Shown: positions 24,468 to 41,004 of the stretch, piece by piece
How the letters are laid out: the number at the start of each line of letters is the position of its first letter
Position numbering within the stretch: position 1 is the stretch's first letter
Source of the DNA: Macrostomum lignano
Lineage: Eukaryota
Assembly (NCBI GenBank): GCA_002269645.1
Contig: NIVC01001831.1
Span: forward strand, 168,920 to 232,919
Direction of reading: 5' to 3'
Length of the DNA stretch: 64,000 nucleotides
Position numbers and translations under genes: made by a program
The notes under the pieces: model-generated
The model's database searches: none
What the model was told of the DNA's origin: nothing
Seen by the model: the letters and a program-made list of their open reading frames with translations, nothing else

Positions 24468-25679
24468 GGTTCCTAGACACTTCGTCATCTTACCATTGTT
24501 ATCCACTCATATTTCTAGACACTTTGTCATCTTACCACTTTGTCAATTGTCATCTACAATACTATTGTAAACATATTGTCATCTACTCACTGGACACTTT
24601 GTCATCTACTTTGTTTGAAAAACTTATTGAATAGCTAGGCCTATATGTAACTTCATTAGCTAAGTTATATTGAGTAGTCAAAAAATAATAATAATTTGTA
24701 AATAGGGGGGCCAATGCATACCTGAATAGCAAAATTAAAAACAACTTAAAAAATAGTACTGTGGTAAAGTTTTGCGTCTGAGAAAAAGTAGAATTAAGAA
24801 GGTGAGCACTATCATTTTTTATGCGACATGTTTCGCCTCGCATCAGGCATTGTCAGGCTCTTAAAATTAGTAACAATTTATTTGTTCAATAATATTTAAC
24901 AATTAAGACTAAGAACGGGTCGATAAAGAGTCCTTAGAGTATTCTAGGTGTACACTTGTGCTCATCTCACTCTCTTTCTCTCTCTCTTTCTCTCTCCCCT
25001 CATTGCAACTCTGAGCGCTCCGTCGGACTGTACAATCTAGGCCTACTATTAATTTATATACATTTCTGACTTTTATTGACCCATTCTTAGTCTTAATTGT
25101 TAAATATTAATAAACAAATAAATCGTTACTAATTTTAAGAGCCTGACAATGCCTGATGCGAGGCGAAACATGTTGCATAAAAAATGATAGCGCTGAGAAC
25201 TTTCTTAGACTTAGTTCAACTTAAAAATACATAATAATAAATACACAAAAGTACACTATTCATAAACATAATTAAATCTACATCGTTACAACTCCACGCC
25301 AAGGACGACTTAGTCGTCCTTGCTCCACGCATTGTTGCGGAAGCGAAGCTATAATAAAATTACAATGAACACTTGTACACATACAGCGTGCATTTAGATG
25401 CCAATTATAGCGAGAAGTTGAATTCCTAAACGTGTATTTAATCCTATATTTTACAGACTATTGATTGAGAAACAATTTACATGTATAAAAAAAGTTGAGA
25501 ACAATCGAATAACTATTTTACAGCTTCGCGAAATCTTGGGATGACGAAGTGTCCTCAAAATTTGGTCACTTTGTCATCTAGATTTCTAACAAATTTTTTG
25601 TATGACGAAGCGTCCAAAAACCATGGTCACTTCGTCATCTGGATGACGAACTGGTAAGATGACGAAGTGTCCAGGAACC
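24468..25679. mobile_element. Non-autonomous TIR DNA transposon (Merlin-like GG termini), ~1.2 kb
   Basis: TIRs GGTTCCTAGACACTTCGTCATCTTACCA / TGGTAAGATGACGAAGTGTCCAGGAACC, subterminal GATGAC(G/A)AAGT repeats, 8-bp TSD GTCTTACT on both sides. Confidence 0.85.
24805..25194. mobile_element. Fold-back of two ~120-bp inverted arms, Penelope-like pLTR-type, nested in the TIR element
   Basis: 24805-~24922 is the reverse complement of ~25070-25194 with few mismatches; each arm has a CTGAcaA..GGCGAAAC-AT-GTY hammerhead-like motif. Confidence 0.6.
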
Positions 25680-26871
25680 GTCTTACTTAAGTAGTAAGTT
25701 AGCGGTTAGCCTACCAAAATAATTTTTTTAGGAACGTTGGCCAAAGTTTATATGGGATCTGTAAGCTTATTAGTCATATTATAGTTGCGCAGTTTTCAAC
25801 TGGTAGCTGTTCTTTTCAGCTAACAGACATGAATCTCAAACTGTTAATCATGCTTTAAGAAAAAAGCAGAACACTCCCTTTGTTTATTTCAAAATAAAGT
25901 GATCGAACAATAAATAAGAACTATTGACACTTTAAATAAAAGTGTAAGCAGCTTAAAGACTAAAACAAAAAGGCACTTTTAAATTTAAATAACCCTAGCG
26001 CTACACAACTTCTACGCACCAAAACTTTTTTCTAATTTAAAAAAAATAAACTTTTAACAATGAAACTAATAGCAACTTTGTTGCGGCTCTATAGACTCAA
26101 ATTACCGTTTTATAAACTTAAACGGTTCAGATTTTTATACTTGAAACACACTCTTGACATACGAGTACAATTGCAACTGCTGCGTCTCACACGGCTTTTT
26201 AAAACAAGGGTACTTATTTTTTGTTTTGGTGCAAAATAAATTGTACCTAAAACTGCTATTATACCTTGATCATTACTCTTGTGATTAGGGGCGAGAAAAA
26301 TGCAGTTTCGTATTAAGCATTGAGTTTTTAATAGGTATTTGAGTTTGAAGCTACTGCCTACTGCATGAGTGAAATAAATAATTTATTACGTTATGTTGAA
26401 TTTGTATTTTATTTTTAATTGATATGTTTACTGTTTTGCCCTAATGATGCATAAAAATTATAATTTAGTAAACTATCATTTCATTAATTTAATTAGTGTA
26501 AGTAATTGCAACATTATTGTCGTTTTAAATTACCATGGAGTCTAGATTTATATTTAAATTAGCCTGCATCAGCTTCGTGGTTTTATAATAATATTGTATA
26601 CCGAAATCGTATTGAAAATAAATATTTTCAATGAAATAATGCAATATTAAAAATCGTTCATAATTTTATGAATAAATTTCCCTTCTCATTTCACTTTTTA
26701 AAGAAATAATTAACTTATGGAACCAAAAGAAGTTAAGCCAACTGCCATTTGTCTACTATAATATAACTTCATAAAGACACGTCTCTTGAGTATGATCACT
26801 TCATTTAATATCATTTAATTTCTTTCTAATAAACTAGTCGGGTTTTTTAGCAAACTAATGTTACATTCAAG

Positions 26872-29352
26872 GAGCATCTGACCTCACACATTGGGCTGTG
26901 CGAGCTTCCGCAGCCGGCTCTGGATCTGCTGACACGCCAGCTGGGCTGGCGAGACCTCCTCAGCCTGGGTCGCGTTTGTCGCCGCCTCCGCGCTGCTGCC
27001 TCGCGCGACTCGCTGTGGTTCGCAATCTGCGCGCGCCGCGGGTGGACAAAATTCGGTCTACCTGGTGCCGAGTCGCTCCTCTCGCCAGCGGATGCCGACG
27101 CCGCTAGTGAAGGTCGCTTTGGTGGCTGTAGCAGCGGGGGTGCTTTTGGCACGTCGCCAGTTTTTCCTGGGCCGTCGAGCGCCGAGGAGGAGCTGCTTTG
27201 GGGCCGGTGGAAGATGGTGTTTCTCAAGGCAAGGTGAGAGGATTTGCTCAACCCAGTCAACTGTCAATATGCCAATCTGGCAAGGTGAGGTGGCCCCCAT
27301 TTCTTGCCAACTATTCAAGAGGTTATAACTCAAAGGATTCTGAAAGGAGCCATCAAATCACATGGCTGACGTACATGCCGAGAATTACACCGCGTGACAA
27401 CATAAAAACTGCTAATCTGCTAATTTTACCGTAGACTTGTAGGGCGTCAGTTCCCCAGGAATCCCCAGGCTACAAAGCCAACACCCTTAGGCCTGGCTTT
27501 GTGTCCTGCCACGACTCTTTCGCTTTCGCAACGCGCAGATACTTAAAGAAGAGCTGGTCAACAGGCAGATACTTGGTCTCGCCGCCGTTGAGGCCTCCAA
27601 AATCAGCGAATCCCTCTGGCTGCGACAGCGCCATCAGCGCCTTCGCTTGCAACTCCAGCGTGGCCGTCACCGGCACTGGCGAGGGCCTGCTTTGCGTGTG
27701 GCACTGCCGCAGGGCTCAGCTGATGGCCCTGCGGCTGATGGACGATCCGGTGAGGGCTGGAGCTTCTTGGATGCTGCAAAAATTTAGTCTAGACTTTATA
27801 CGAGTACTTCAGGGTTGCGTAGCCCAGTGGTCCAGCGCGGCGCTTTGATGTACCAGCGGCCCAGGCTCGATTCCAAGTGCAGTCACATTAATTTGGGGCT
27901 AAATTGGAATCCCCACTTGGGTCTGCTCGTGCAAACTAACGGCCTTGAGGGCCAACGACCAAGGCACAGTGGAGTAATGTACAGTACATGCCTAACGATA
28001 AATAAAGTTAGGGCCGCTGTACACTCCTGTGTGAGTGTGTGCGATGACTGCGTACTTACGCTGCGTACTTATCTGCGCGCTTGTGTGCCTGCTCAGGAGA
28101 GTCGGTGGAATGGGCAGTAATGCCTCTTGCTGGATGTCGTTTAAAGTGCGCCAGGGTGTACACGGACAGCCCCTGCATCCAACCTCTACCTACCTGTACG
28201 AGTACTTCATTCCGCTGTGTTCCCCGCACAGATCTGCTCCATCTGCATCGGCTCCGCTGGCAGTGGCAGCAGCGGTGGCAGCTGCTTCGTCTATATTGGC
28301 TGCGACAATGGCATCGCGTACGAGATGGAGCTGACTGGTGCAGCTTCGTGTGATAAGGCAGCTTCGGAATGGAATCTACAGCAGCTGACGGTGCGCAGGT
28401 GCTTTCGCTGCTGCTCCGAGTTCGACAGCGAAGGCGGTCTTGAAGTTCAACTGCTGTGCTTTGTGCGTTGCGAGGACTTTCTGCAGCTGTCTGGGTCTGG
28501 TAAGCAATACTTTGCTACTTACAGTAGCTAGGCAAGATTGAGTGTCATTTTTAGAATATTTTCAAAGATCTGAAAGTGCTCGGGATTGAGTTAAACCCAT
28601 CCCACACAGAGCCCTCACCGGACGCCAGCCTGCTGCAGTCCAACATGCTTATTGCCTACACGAGCAGCGGCAGCCTAAGCTCCTGGCGCCTCGACACGGG
28701 CGCTCGCATCGGCGCCTGTCTGAGCGCAGGGCAGTCAGCTGGAGGCGGCGACTGTGACACCCTGGCTTCCAGCTCCGTCTCGCATCAGCTGCTGGCTGTG
28801 GGCTCCTGGGATTGCGCCGTGCTGCTTTTTGACTGCCTCGCCTGCAGGCAGCTAGCAGCTCTGGCTGGCCACACGGAGGCTGTGTCCTGCATCTGGCTGG
28901 AGGCATCGACAGGCCGACTGGCCACGGGCAGCCTCGATGGCAGCGTCCGTCTTTGGCGATTCAGCTTTGGCGACGGCCGGTTTTGCAGCGCAGGCGCGCC
29001 GACGATCATGCGGGACTGCCACCCGGAGGTGTACTGCCTGGCCAGCCACGCCCACCTGCTGGCCAGCGGCGGCTCCGACTCCGAAATACTCATCAGCGAC
29101 TGGTCCGACCAGCAGCTGCACCGTCTCTGCGGTCACGTGGGCGTGGTGCGCAACCTGAGCATGAGCCGCCTGCGGCTGGTGTCCAGCGGTGACGTGCGCA
29201 AAGTGATGGTCTGGGACTACAGGAGAGGCAAGCAGCTCAGCGTGCTACACCGGAACCCAACTCTGGTGCAGTTCATGCACGCCTGCGACACTTTGCTGGT
29301 CTTGGCGGCTCCCGGCAAGGCCGGCTGTCTGGTTTGCATCGCCTACTGGTAG
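26872..29352 (+). CDS. F-box/WD40-repeat protein; exons 26872-27233, 27491-27749, 28232-28499, 28568-29352; first exon not located
   Basis: F-box LCELPQPALDLLTRQLGWRDLLSLGRVCRRLRAAASRDSLW (absent from the ORF track) and WD repeats LAGHTEAVSCIW..LATGSLDGSVRLW, LCGHVGVV..VMVWD; in-frame GT-AG joins. Confidence 0.88.
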
Positions 29353-29494
29353 GCGCCGCAGCTTGGACTGGTGGGCGAATTCGTCAGGAGGCTGCCGCCT
29401 TGATTCGCATGAGGGCACTGGAAACAGTTGATGGTCTGGTCTTCCGGCAACCGAGCTGCTTCATTAGATTCCTTTTTAGTTCTACCGAAAGGAA

Positions 29495-30730
29495 CTCTCT
29501 TTCATTATCTGCCGTCAGTGTCTAATTGTAGAGCTCTCTATCATTAGTGGCCGTCAGTGTCTAATTGCAGAGCTCTCTATCATTAGTTGCCGTCAGTGTC
29601 TAATCGGAGAGCTCTCTTTCATTAGTTGCCGTCAGTGTCTAATTGGAGAGCTCTCTTTCATTAGTTGCCGTCAGTGTCTAATCGGAGAGCTCTCTTTCAT
29701 TAGTTGCCGTCAGTGTCTAATCGGAGAGCTCTCTATCATTAGTTGCCGTCAGTGTCTAATCGGAGAGCTCTCTATCATTAGTTGCCGTCAGTGTCTAATC
29801 GGAGAGCTCTCTATCATTAGTTGCCGTCAGTGTCTAATCGGAGAGCTCTCTATCATTAGTTGCCGTCAGTGTCTAATCGGAGAGCTCTCTTTCATTAGTT
29901 GCCGTCAGTGTCTAATCGGAGGGCTCTCTTTCATTAGTGGCCGTCAGTGTCTAATCGGAGAGCTCTCTATCATTAGTGGCCGTCAGTGTCTAATTGGAGA
30001 GCTCTCTATCATTAGTGGCCGTCAGTGTCTAATTGCAGAGCTCTCAATCATTAGTGGCCGTCAGTGTCTAATTGGAGAGCTCTCTATCATTAGTGGCCGT
30101 CAGTGTCTAATCGGAGAGCTCTCTTTCATTAGTTGCCGTCAGTGTCTAATCGGAGAGCTCTCTTTCATTAGTGGCCGTCAGTGTCTAATCGGAGGGCTCT
30201 CTTTCATTAGTGGCCGTCAGTGTCTAATTGGAGAGCTCTCTATCATTAGTGGCCGTCAGTGTCTAATCGGAGAGCTCTCTATCATTAGTGGCCGTCAGTG
30301 TCTAATTGGAGAGCTCTCTATCATTAGTGGCCGTCAGTGTCTAATTGGAGAGCTCTCTATCATTAGTGGCCGTCAGTGTCTAATTGCAGAGCTCTCAATC
30401 ATTAGTGGCCGTCAGTGTCTAATTGGAGAGCTCTCTATCATTAGTGGCCGTCAGTGTCTAATTGCAGAGCTCTCAATCATTAGTGGCCGTCAGTGTCTAA
30501 TTGGAGAGCTCTCTATCATTAGTGGCCGTCAGTGTCTAATTGCAGAGCTCTCAATCATTAGTGGCCGTCAGTGTCTAATTGGAGAGCTCTCTATCATTAG
30601 TGGCCGTCAGTGTCTAATTGCAGAGCTCTCAATCATTAGTGGCCGTCAGTGTCTAATTGCAGAGCTCTCAATCATTAGTGGCCGTCAGTGTCTAATTGCA
30701 GAGCTCTCTATCATTAGTTGCCGTCAGTGT
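29495..30730 (+). repeat. 39-bp minisatellite CCGTCAGTGTCTAATCGGAGAGCTCTCTATCATTAGT(G/T)G, ~31 copies
   Basis: Tandem array with internal palindrome GAGAGCTCTC. Confidence 0.96.
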
Positions 30731-31213
30731 CCTAATCAGGGCACACCAAAGATTTGCGGTTTTGACTTCTAATAGAATAACTTTGTAACTTTTTTTACCT
30801 ATATGTGTTTTTTCCCGTGTGCTCAGAGCATATGAAAATTATGAAATCCTGCGGTGCCACGCTTTAAAGAAAGAAATATTGATAAAAACTAGCATTTACA
30901 TGTACATGTGCTTCGACAGTGACAAATCAGTGCTTGTAATGTTTTACATAATGTTTACAACGAATTAGATTCACAGGCTAAATTTCCATTAATATTTATC
31001 CACGCAAAATGTTTTCCAAAGATCTTAATTTCGTCTTCCTGTCTTTGCCGGCCCAAGACCTGTCGTGAGCCGCGCAGCTTTAATCACCTTGGCGTAATCT
31101 GGTTCTAGTAGTTGAGGCCTAATCCAGATTCCAAAGGCCAAAATTGTCTGTCAGCCAAGATGACATGCAGCAGTCACTCGACTTAATGAATTCACAAGGG
31201 ATGCGTGGAGGGG

Positions 31214-31646
<433 letters not shown>

Positions 31647-31832
31647 CGAGACTTTTTAGTACATTAAAATACAAAGATTAAAATGAAACAGGTTGATAAT
31701 CTATGGTTGGTCGGATTTCCGAAGTCTGTATAGGAATGACTCGGCTGTAACAACAAATGATACGTACATGTAATTGAATCTTTACTTCATGTAGAAGTTT
31801 TCAATTTTCCTTCCTGGCAGTACAAAGTCCCG

Positions 31833-33411
31833 TCACTCAGCCTTCAGAACTCCAGGCACGGGTTGCTGGGAGCATCCGATGCGGTGCCGCAAATCGAGGG
31901 GCTCCCGGCCTCGCTGGCCTCGACTGGCGGTGGTCTCGCAGCGCCAGGAGGCCCGCAGGCTCAGCCGGATCGGCTGTGCCCGCGCCTGAGCCGCCCGCTG
32001 GGAGGCGCCACCTTCAATGCGGCTACCCAGCCGGGAGCTGCCAGCCTGCAGGCACTGGCGCTCCGACCGCGCGCTCTCCTGACCCGCGCGCTTCCGGCGC
32101 AGCAGGCGCCAGAAGCCGAAGGTGGCGCTGAACGCCTGGCGGAACTGCTTGCTCATGCAGCAGTACAGCACGAAGTTCACCGAGTTGTTCACCAGGGCCA
32201 AGGTGTTGAGCAGCGCTGCGTAGGCACCCATGAAGCACTGGACCGCCGGCAGGCCCAGTTGCTCGTCCTCGAGGATGTTCAGCATGCTGACCGGGATCTC
32301 GTAGACGATGTACAGCACAATGATGACCATTAGGAAGGCGGTGGTGCGCCTGTGGCGCCGGGACCTGCGCTCGTGCCTGGCCGACCCGGGCTTCGGGTTC
32401 GCCAGCGATTCGCGACGGCGCTCGGTGCGGCGCAGACAGCGGATGATGCAGCAGCAGAGCCCCGCCATCAGCAGGCAGGGCAGCGCCTTCTGGGCCAGGC
32501 AGTTGAACAGCCGGATCTTGAAGGCGTGCCGCTGCTCCATCGACACCTGATCAGGCGATTGGGGTCGTCAAGCCCTCAGCTGAGCACAAAGCTACATGTA
32601 TACCCTTTAAATAAGCCCCAGATTGCACTCAGCTGAGCAGCAGATTACACTCAGCTGAGCAATAGATTACACTCAGCTGAGCACCAGATTACACTCAGCT
32701 GAGCACCACATTACACTCAGCTGAGCACCAGATTACACTCAGCTGAGCACCAGATTACACTCAGCTGAGCACCAGAAATTACACTCAGCTGATGGGGATC
32801 CAGGTACCAAAAACAAGTTCACAACGGTACCCACAGCCCCCCCAGCTCACCTGGTAGGCGGTTTCGTTTCCGGCCACGCTGCCTCCTTGCTGCCTCAGCG
32901 GCTCCACCCTCAGATTCGCAGCGTACGGCGCCAGCGCGGCGCAGTTCGCCAGAAAGGCGAGCAGCAGCGCCAGGCGCGCCCTGGCCAGGCCGAACCAGAC
33001 CTTCGTGCGCGGCGCGGCATGGTACTGCAAGTAGAAGAAGCGAAACAAGGCCAGCAGGACTCCGCACCAGAGAGCGAAGGCGTGCATCAGGTACATGACG
33101 ACATTGCAGACAAGCAGCGCCGCCTGCCAGCCGTAGCTGCTGGCCGCCCGCTGGAACTGGGCCTGCAGAACTGCCGCAGCCAGGAAAATGAGCACCTTGC
33201 TGAGGTCGCTGACCGCGATGCCCAGCAGGATGCTGTTGGTCGGCGTGACCATCTTGCGCTGGCTGAACACGGCGATGTTGAAGCAGTTCATCAGCACCGA
33301 CAGCAGCGAGATGCTGCCGATCACCGGGACGCTGACGGCCGCAAAGCTCAGGCTGAGGGAGCTCTCCGGGCAGGTGGGGCCGGTTGAGTTGTCGAGGCCG
33401 ACGCTGGACAT
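31833..33411 (-). CDS. Rhodopsin-class GPCR, myosuppressin/FMRFamide/Srw-like peptide receptor; exons 33411-32851 and 32546-31833
   Basis: Seven hydrophobic segments; N-glycosylation site DNST; MNCFNIAVFSQRKMVTPTNSILLGIAVSD, LALFRF, RRTTAFL, YEIP, NNSVNFVLYCCMSKQFRQAF; phase-0 intron. Confidence 0.9.
32570..32790 (+). repeat. 22-bp minisatellite CAGATTACACTCAGCTGAGCAC in the GPCR intron
   Basis: Tandem array with palindrome CTCAGCTGAG. Confidence 0.9.
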
Positions 33412-33462
33412 TCTGCTTGCTGCTGGAGTAGCGCGGGTGTGTTGCGGTGCGAGCCCTGCCCT

Positions 33463-33571
33463 CTGTCTATCTGTCTGTCTGTCTGTCTGTCTATCTGTCT
33501 GTCTGTCTGTCTGTCTTAGTGTCGGTCTGTGTGTCTGTCTGTCTGTCTGTCTGTCTTAGTGTCGGTCTGTG

Positions 33572-33620
<49 letters not shown>

Positions 33621-33759
33621 TAGTGTCGGTCTGTGTGTCTGTCTGTCTGTCTGTCTGTCTTAGTGTCGGTCTGTGTGTCTGTCTGTCTGTCTGTCTGTCT
33701 TAGTGTCGGTCTGTGTGTCTGTCTGTCTGTCTGTCTGTCTGTCTTAGTGTCGGTCTGTG

Positions 33760-33794
<35 letters not shown>

Positions 33795-33801
33795 GTCTGT
33801 G

Positions 33802-33877
<76 letters not shown>

Positions 33878-33893
33878 CGCCTGTCTGTCTGTC
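33463..33893 (+). repeat. (GTCT)n microsatellite with higher-order TTAGTGTCGG interruptions
   Basis: Directly visible. Confidence 0.96.
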
Positions 33894-34644
33894 AGCACGC
33901 AGGATTCAAAGTGCAGGCATACGGGAGCGTCCTCTCCGAATCAGTCGCTGAGTCGCCGTTTCCCAGCCTGCTTCCCCATCCCTTATTGCAGACGTCTCAC
34001 TGCCAGCCCACGCGATCGGGGGAAGTGGCTCTGGAAAAAGTGAGGAAATCGAGTTTCTGCAATTATTCTAGAAGCAGCAACAGCCGACAGGCGCAGCAGA
34101 CGCAGCTGCTGGCGCCACAATCTGTCTCTGTCAGCTGGTGCGGACGCGAAGGCAGCAGGCGGGCGGCTCTGGGCCAGCGGTATAAATAATTAATAATTAA
34201 TGAGCTTCACCCCCGAACTTGCTCAAGTTCGCAAAGCAGTGCTGGACTGCCGGAACGGAAGCGAAGATGGAAAATCCTCCTAGAGGTCTTGGCGCACCTG
34301 TGGTGCACCATGGCCGTGGCACGGATCCCATAGATTTGCTAAGACTCAAGGACACAGGACGGACTATTCAAGGCATCAGTGTTTGGGCGAACCTCTTTCG
34401 ACGCTACTATTGCAGCATTAATAGCATGCTTCAGACTTTGCAACTGTTTATTATTAGTTTGGCAGGTATGGAGGAATCATCCAGCCGTGTGGCAGCTCAA
34501 CTTCCAGCCCGACAGGCTTACTCTCAGCCTGGGAGGCGGATGTGAGCTGCTGCTTGGCTGCAGCTTGTCAGCTGGAACACGGACTGGACTCAGCCAGCTG
34601 CACCGATGAAGCTCAGGCAGCTGCGACTCCCTCACTTTACCCTA

Positions 34645-35065
<421 letters not shown>

Positions 35066-35354
35066 AAAAGGCTTCCCGGCACTTACGATCGCACAAATTT
35101 GAACGGGCCTCGGGGACTTGCGGCAGTCAGTTCACAGTTCAGCAGCAGTCCAGTAGCGCGGATGTCCTCAATTATTCTGGCGGGGAGCCCAGCAGGAGCG
35201 AATGGCTTTGCATGGCTCCAGTGATTCGCCAGCGGCAGTAGTCTCATCATTTAAGCTCACTCAGCAGCCAATGGAGAGCGGCCTCGCTGCCGAAATGGGA
35301 CTTCTATGAGTCTTATCCGGCGTTTAAGTGGACAATGCCTAATTCCTAGTATGC

Positions 35355-37425
35355 CTGTATCAGTCACAGTGTCAGTCTGTATCAGTCACAGTGTCAGTCT
35401 GTATCAGTCACAGTGTCAGTCTGTATCAGTCACAGTGTCAGTCTGTATCAGTCACAGTGTCAGTCTGTATCAGTCACAGTGTCAGTCTGTATCAGTCACA
35501 GTGTTAGTCTGTATCAGTCACAGTGTCTGTCTGTATCAGTCACAGTGTCAGTCTGTATCAGTCACTGTATCAGTCACAGTGTCAGTCTGTATCAGTCACA
35601 GTGTCAGTCTGTATCAGTCACAGTGTCAGTCTGTATCAGTCACAGTGTCTGTCTGTATCAGTCACAGTGTCAGTCTGTATCAGTCACAGTGTCTGTCTGT
35701 ATCAGTCACAGTGTCAGTCTGTATCAGTCACAGTGTCAGTCTGTATCAGTCACAGTGTCAGTCTGTATCAGTCACTGTATCAGTCACAGTGTCAGTTTGT
35801 ATCAGTCACAGTGTCAGTCTGTATCAGTCACAGTGTCAGTCTGTATCAGTCACAGTGTCAGTCTGTATCAGTCACAGTGTCTGTCTGTATCAGTCACAGT
35901 GTCAGTCTGTATCAGTCACAGTGTCAGTCTGTATCAGTCACAGTGTCAGTCTGTATCAGTCACTGTATCAGTCACAGTGTCAGTCTGTATCAGTCAGTGT
36001 CAGTCTGTATCAGTCACAGTGTCAGTCTGTATCAGTCACAGTGTCAGTCTGTATCAGTCACAGTGTCAGTCTGTATCAGTCACAGTGTCAGTCTGTATCA
36101 GTCACAGTGTTAGTCTGTATCAGTCACAGTGTCAGTCTGTATCAGTCACTGTATCAGTCACAGTGTCAGTCTGTATTAGTCACAGTGTCAGTCTGTATCA
36201 GTCACAGTGTCAGTCTGTATCAGTCACAGTGTCAGTCCGTATCAGTCACAGTGTCAGTCTGTATCAGTCACAGTGTCAGTCTGTATCAGTCACAGTGTCA
36301 GTCTGTATCAGTCACAGTGTCTGTCTGTATCAGTCACAGTGTCTGTCTGTATCAGTCACAGTGTCAGTCAGTATCAGTCACAGTGTTAGTCTGTATCAGT
36401 CACAGTGTCAGTCTGTATCAGTCACAGTGTCTGTCTGTATCAGTCACAGTGTCAGTCTGTATCAGTCACAGTGTCTGTCTGTATCAGTCACAGTGTCAGT
36501 CTGTATCAGTCACAGTGTAAGTCTGTATCAGTCACAGTGTCAGTCTGTATCAGTCACAGTGTCAGTCTGTATCAGTCACAGTGTCAGTCTGTATCAGTCA
36601 CAGTGTCAGTTTGTATCAGTCACAGTGTCAGTCTGTATCAGTCACAGTGTCAGTCTGTATCAGTCACAGTGTCTGTCTGTATCAGTCACAGTGTCTGTCT
36701 GTATCAGTCACAGTGTCAGTCAGTATCAGTCACAGTGTTAGTCTGTATCAGTCACAGTGTCAGTCTGTATCAGTCACAGTGTCTGTCTGTATCAGTCACA
36801 GTGTCAGTCTGTATCAGTCACAGTGTCAGTCTGTATCAGTCACAGTGTCAGTCTGTATCAGTCACAGTGTCAGTCTGTATCAGTCACAGTGTCAGTCTGT
36901 ATCAGTCACAGTGTCAGTCTGTATCAGTCACAGTGTCTGTCTGTATCAGTCACAGTGTCAGTCTGTATCAGTCACAGTGTCAGTCTGTATCAGTCACTGT
37001 ATCAGTCACAGTGTCAGTCTGTATCAGTCACAGTGTCAGTCTGTATTAGTCACAGTGTCAGTTTGTATCAGTCACAGTGTCAGTCTGTATCAGTCACAGT
37101 GTCAGTCTGTATCAGTCACAGTGTCAGTCTGTATCAGTCACAGTGTTAGTCTGTATCAGTCACAGTGTCAGTCCGTATCAGTCACAGTGTCAGTCTGTAT
37201 CAGTCACAGTGTCAGTCTGTATCAGTCACAGTGTCAGTCTGTATCAGTCACAGTGTCAGTCTGTATCAGTCACAGTGTCAGTCTGTATCAGTCACAGTGT
37301 CAGTCTGTATCAGTCACAGTGTCAGTCTGTATCAGTCACAGTGTCAGTCTGTATCAGTCACAGTGTCAGTCTGTATCAGTCACAGTGTCAGTCTGTATCA
37401 GTCACAGTGTCAGTCTGTATCAGTT
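35355..37425 (+). repeat. 22-bp minisatellite TCAGTCACAGTGTCAGTCTGTA, ~2 kb
   Basis: Tandem array with occasional shortened units. Confidence 0.97.
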
Positions 37426-37876
37426 AGTGTTGAAATTAATTAATTAATAATTTTTACTGTTTCTTTGCTGCAGAAAGTCGTAGGAAAATCTAATTTACTT
37501 AATATGGAAAGTTAAGCAGGAACTCTCAGACATTTTATTTGAAGTCTGGCGATCTCAGAGAGCTGGCGTCTCCAGAGCGTGCAATCAGAATCCCCTTAGC
37601 GCAAAGCAGTCAGTTCACCTCCTCATCGCAAGCGGCAGGTTTCATCAATGGGAGACGCGACGCGCCTTATCAAAGTTTTTGCCTTTGATGGATTTTTCCA
37701 ACTAATTTGCACGAACAACACCCCCGCTCGCAGTCCGGTAGTGGCGTTTCAGTCGAGGATGTCTATGGTCAAGAGACCATTGGTTGGGGCGATGTGGATT
37801 GGAAGGCTGAAATAAACTACATGTTGCTAAATAAAGATGCGCCCAAACTAACTTTGTGGTGAAGACAAACACTACA

Positions 37877-37937
37877 GGGTTATGGTTAGGGTTAGGGCTA
37901 GGGTTATGTTTAGGGTTAGGGTTAGGGTTAGGGTTTA
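37877..37937 (+). repeat. Interstitial telomere-like (TTAGGG)n, degenerate
   Basis: gggttatggttagggttagggctagggttatgtttagggttagggttagggttaggg. Confidence 0.8.
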
Positions 37938-38340
37938 GTAATATAAGAATTGATTCTTATTCGGAGAAAACAAAGCGCAAAGTGCCTTCATTCTGTGGCA
38001 TATCTTGCTTGTACTTTCTGAGATAGCAGGTTTTCTCACTCCATCAAATGTTTTCCGCAATATTTTCACCCTGTCAACCTCATTAACTGCGTTCTAAGAA
38101 ATAACCGACACTCTCTCGCTCACTACAGAAACAAAGCTTATGTGAATGAAATCTGGCTGCATTTATCCAGATTAGCAATTAAAATAGGAACCAGCTTGTT
38201 CGTGCTTCACTACTGAAGTAGTATTGGAGTTCATGGTTTGGTGCGTATGTATATATTTTTCGTAATAGTGAGAGAGCGTTAAAAAGGCCCTTATTCGGTC
38301 CCTGTGATGCTCAGGGCGAATTCCATGAGATGAGCTGAAG

Positions 38341-41004
<2,664 letters not shown>

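Noticed and set aside
4465-30730. Regular 39-46-bp arrays as CRISPR arrays
   Set aside because: Units are head-to-tail with no unique spacers, there are no cas genes, and the context is eukaryotic
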